Positions 61,227-64,000 of a DNA stretch of 64,000 bases are shown piece by piece (the first letter of the stretch is position 1; each line of letters opens with the position of its first letter). A program made the translations under genes and the position numbers. A model generated the notes under the pieces. That model did no database searches and was not told the origin of the DNA. It worked only from the letters and a program-made list of their open reading frames with translations. Source of the stretch: Aplysia californica (taxonomy: Eukaryota). The stretch covers positions 361,535 through 425,534 of the forward strand of contig NW_004797438.1 in the NCBI RefSeq assembly GCF_000002075.1. Reading direction: 5' to 3'.

Positions 61227-61589
61227 TAGAAGAACATGACATTCCCCAGCTGAACCGCTCAATTTTCTTTGTATTGACAACAACACTATTTTGTTAAACA
61301 CCCACACAGATGAGTGAAGCAGCTCATTTCAACAAGCCCAATAGAAATTTTTAGTCATAATTGTCTCAAATTCAAAGTACTCTGCCAGCATGACGGAAAA
61401 CAAACACATATCCATCATCATGGAGAGTATCCGTTTACATGAGCCCAACTGGTTCACACCATACACCCCACACAGCGTGACACAAAATACTGCTGTGCTG
61501 GTGTCAAGACAACATCATCTCACATAACCTGCAGTATGCATAAAGCACTAAAACTTCCTCGGAGTCAAGTAATGCGAGGGCGGGTGCTG

Positions 61590-61775
61590 AGTTTAGTTTT
61601 AGTAGAGGTTTTACGGCGCTCGCAACAGCATAAGGCAAGGTCAGATGAGCGCCAGAAGGTAAGAGGTGTTACAAGAGAGTAACAAAAATAAAAAAGAAGA
61701 AGGGGAGATAAAGACGATAGATGTTTGATAAGAAAGAAGAAGCAAACCACACCAGAGCACCTGCCAACCACCCAC
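61590..61775 (-). mobile_element. S1 retroposon
   Basis: Full length; 17-bp TSD TGCGAGGGYGGGTRCTG. Confidence 0.88.
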
Positions 61776-62384
61776 TGCGAGGGTGGGTACTGGGTAGTGG
61801 GGCGTTATCAAAGACAGGCGGAGGGACGCTGCACAGGGAAGTATGGTGTTCAGTTAGATTTTAGTTTAGTAAGAGTATTACGACGCTCGCAACTACATAT
61901 GGTCATATGAACGCACCAAACGCAAGTCGGCTGCATTCACAACAGTTTACAATACGGCTTGGAAGTATGGTGTATAAATTATGTTTGTGTTTATGTGTGT
62001 GTTCTTAGTTTCTGGTCGTATGATAGTGAAAGGTATGTGTCCGGAAGTGATTACAAAATAGGGAGTGGTTGGCGTGCTTTGATCAATATTGATTACATTG
62101 CCACGATTATGATCTGACATAAAAGCAATCCTGCTTCTTTTTTCTTTCTCCTTTTTTAAGTTGAAGATTTATCAGCATCGTTCCCTTCCTTGCTCTTGCT
62201 GCGACACCAAGCAAGATGCATACACCATCCATCCTTCCGTTCTCTTATCGATACAGGGTACTCTTCATCATGGCAGTGGTTTACTTTCCTATCATTAAAC
62301 TGGCACAATTGCTTCCCTAGATTTTTTTTCTTCTTCAATGTTTCTCTTAATTTTCCTTCTTGTGGTTAGCTCCAATAACAGATA

Positions 62385-62980
62385 ATAATATATAACATTT
62401 ATATAGCGCATTTCCAAAAAAGTAGCTCAATGCGCTTTTCATTGGAATACCCATTTTTCAAAAACCTTTCTTACTACTTCCTTTCTTCTCATGCAATATA
62501 CATTAATGCACACACACACACACATACAGACTATTTTCATCCAGACATAAGAACAGAACAAATATAATGAAAGATAACGTTAAAAGCTTATGAAGGATAG
62601 GCCTGTAGGAACAGAAAATGTTTAAGATGTCTTTTGAAGCTATCAAGTGTTCTTATTTGTCTTAGTTTCATGGGTAATCTGTTCCACATAAATGGACCAA
62701 GATATGAGAAAGATCTCTCTCCATATGATTTGTATGATTTTACAGGTGTCACAAGTAGGGTGTTATCGTTTGATGATCTTAGGTTTCTCCCTGGTTTATA
62801 TATACTGATAAGTTCTTGTAGATAAAAAGGAGCAGTTTTATTTACACATTTGAAACACATGACGCAGATTTTAAACATTATTCGTTCTTTTACATGGAGT
62901 CAATGTAGTTCTTTTAATAATGGAGTGACATGGTCTCGTTTTTTAGATCTTGTTATCAGTCTAGCGGCATTGTGTTGAAC
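62385..62980 (-). mobile_element. L2-clade LINE 3' fragment
   Basis: VQHNAARLIT..RDHVTPLLKELH*..FKICVMCFKC..APFYLQEL..RNLRSS..YGERSFSY..WNRLP..FKRHLK; tail GCGCTATATAAAT. Confidence 0.9.
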
Positions 62981-63537
62981 ACATATCTCAATCCCCTTCA
63001 TGTTACAGATATATCAGTGCTCGACTGTGGGTGTGTCGATTAATACGACTGAAGATTCGCATCGTATTCATCGTTGTGGAAATCAGCTCTCCATAAACAC
63101 TTCTCTTTATCATGCTCACCACACCAGCTGCTAGCAAACCCTGTAGTAACTGCAAATTCTCCAAATAAGACAATTATATTTTAAACTAAATAATAGTAAA
63201 TAGCACATTTACAAAGCAAATTCCCATTAAACAGCAAGCTCTATGCGCTATACAACCTATAAATCCCATGTCACTTTTTCTCTCTTTTTTTTGTGGTCCC
63301 TTTCCCATTCATGTGAGATTGACGCCATCTGATTAGTAAAGAGTGCATACGATAGTGTCCAATAGTGCATGACATAAAACTTATTATAACGTGTAACTGT
63401 TACAGATAGCGATTCAAGAAATATATACATTTATGTCAAGGATCTGAGAGCAATTATGATTTAGATATATAATGGAGGTGGTGAATGATGATGTAGGATG
63501 GTGTCTACATAATGTTAGCATTAGTCCTATCTTCCTC

Positions 63538-63780
63538 TTTGTTTGTTTTAGTAGAGGTTTTTACGGCGCTCGCAACTGCATAAAGTCATATAAGCGCCAA
63601 GGGGTGGATGTCCTTACAGGGAATCAGACTTACTCTGCTCACCTCTTTAGCTTCAACAGCACAAAATCTGCTTCGACTTTCAGGGCATCCCGGAAATAGC
63701 GGGTCACAAGAGTGTGACAAACATACAAAAGAAGCAGAGGAAAATGACGACAGTAAGAATTAGGAAAGAAAAAGCAGCAT
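63538..63780 (-). mobile_element. Longer S1-related retroposon fragment
   Basis: S1 tail and diverged S1 body separated by about 105 bp absent from all other copies. Confidence 0.65.
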
Positions 63781-64000
63781 TTCCCTGTTGTAGTTCAGGC
63801 ACAGTTATGAGCATGACATTGTTGGATCAGCCTATTTACAATACTACTATGCATTAGAACGAGAAATGTCCCCTCCCCCCCCCCCTTTGGGAATGCTGAA
63901 ACTGGCACGATCTACGATGATCCAGTTGGATAGAATATAAAAAAGAGTGGGCCCAGTATAGTCAGTATGCAATAACATCACAGGTAAGCCATAGATATCT

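Noticed and set aside
60216-64000. Upstream SDR exons (TGxxxGxG, NNAG, VNVSS motifs)
   Set aside because: No matching exon was found by eye; they are presumed to lie beyond the window

Overview
AT-rich metazoan genomic DNA from a gapped draft assembly (9 N-gaps). It is probably a gastropod mollusc; this is inferred from a Nin/Deu-domain SINE and (TCTAGA)n satellites, not shown directly. Three spliced genes were reconstructed by hand with GT-AG junctions and consistent phases. (1) A complete 10-exon AKR1A/1B-type aldo-keto reductase on the minus strand (22640->6716, 316 aa, catalytic tetrad intact). (2) Divergent from it, a complete 8-exon HAD-IIA phosphoglycolate/glycerol-3-phosphate phosphatase, PGP (28815/28980->43071); an upstream in-frame ATG would add a 55-aa presequence-like extension. 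(3) The last three exons of a BDH1/RDH-like (SDR9C) short-chain dehydrogenase on the minus strand (60215->56857), whose 5' exons were not found in the window. The remainder is rich in mobile DNA: about 23 loci of a ~185-bp SINE-like retroposon with no recognisable head, a covarying 3' stem-loop and a strong sense-orientation bias; tRNA-Nin/Deu and CORE SINEs; RTE, L2 and I/Ingi-type LINE relics; and several MITE families with TTAA, AWWT, TA, TTA, 6-bp and 7-8-bp target-site duplications (TSDs). No prokaryotic-type system, CRISPR array or intact autonomous element is present.
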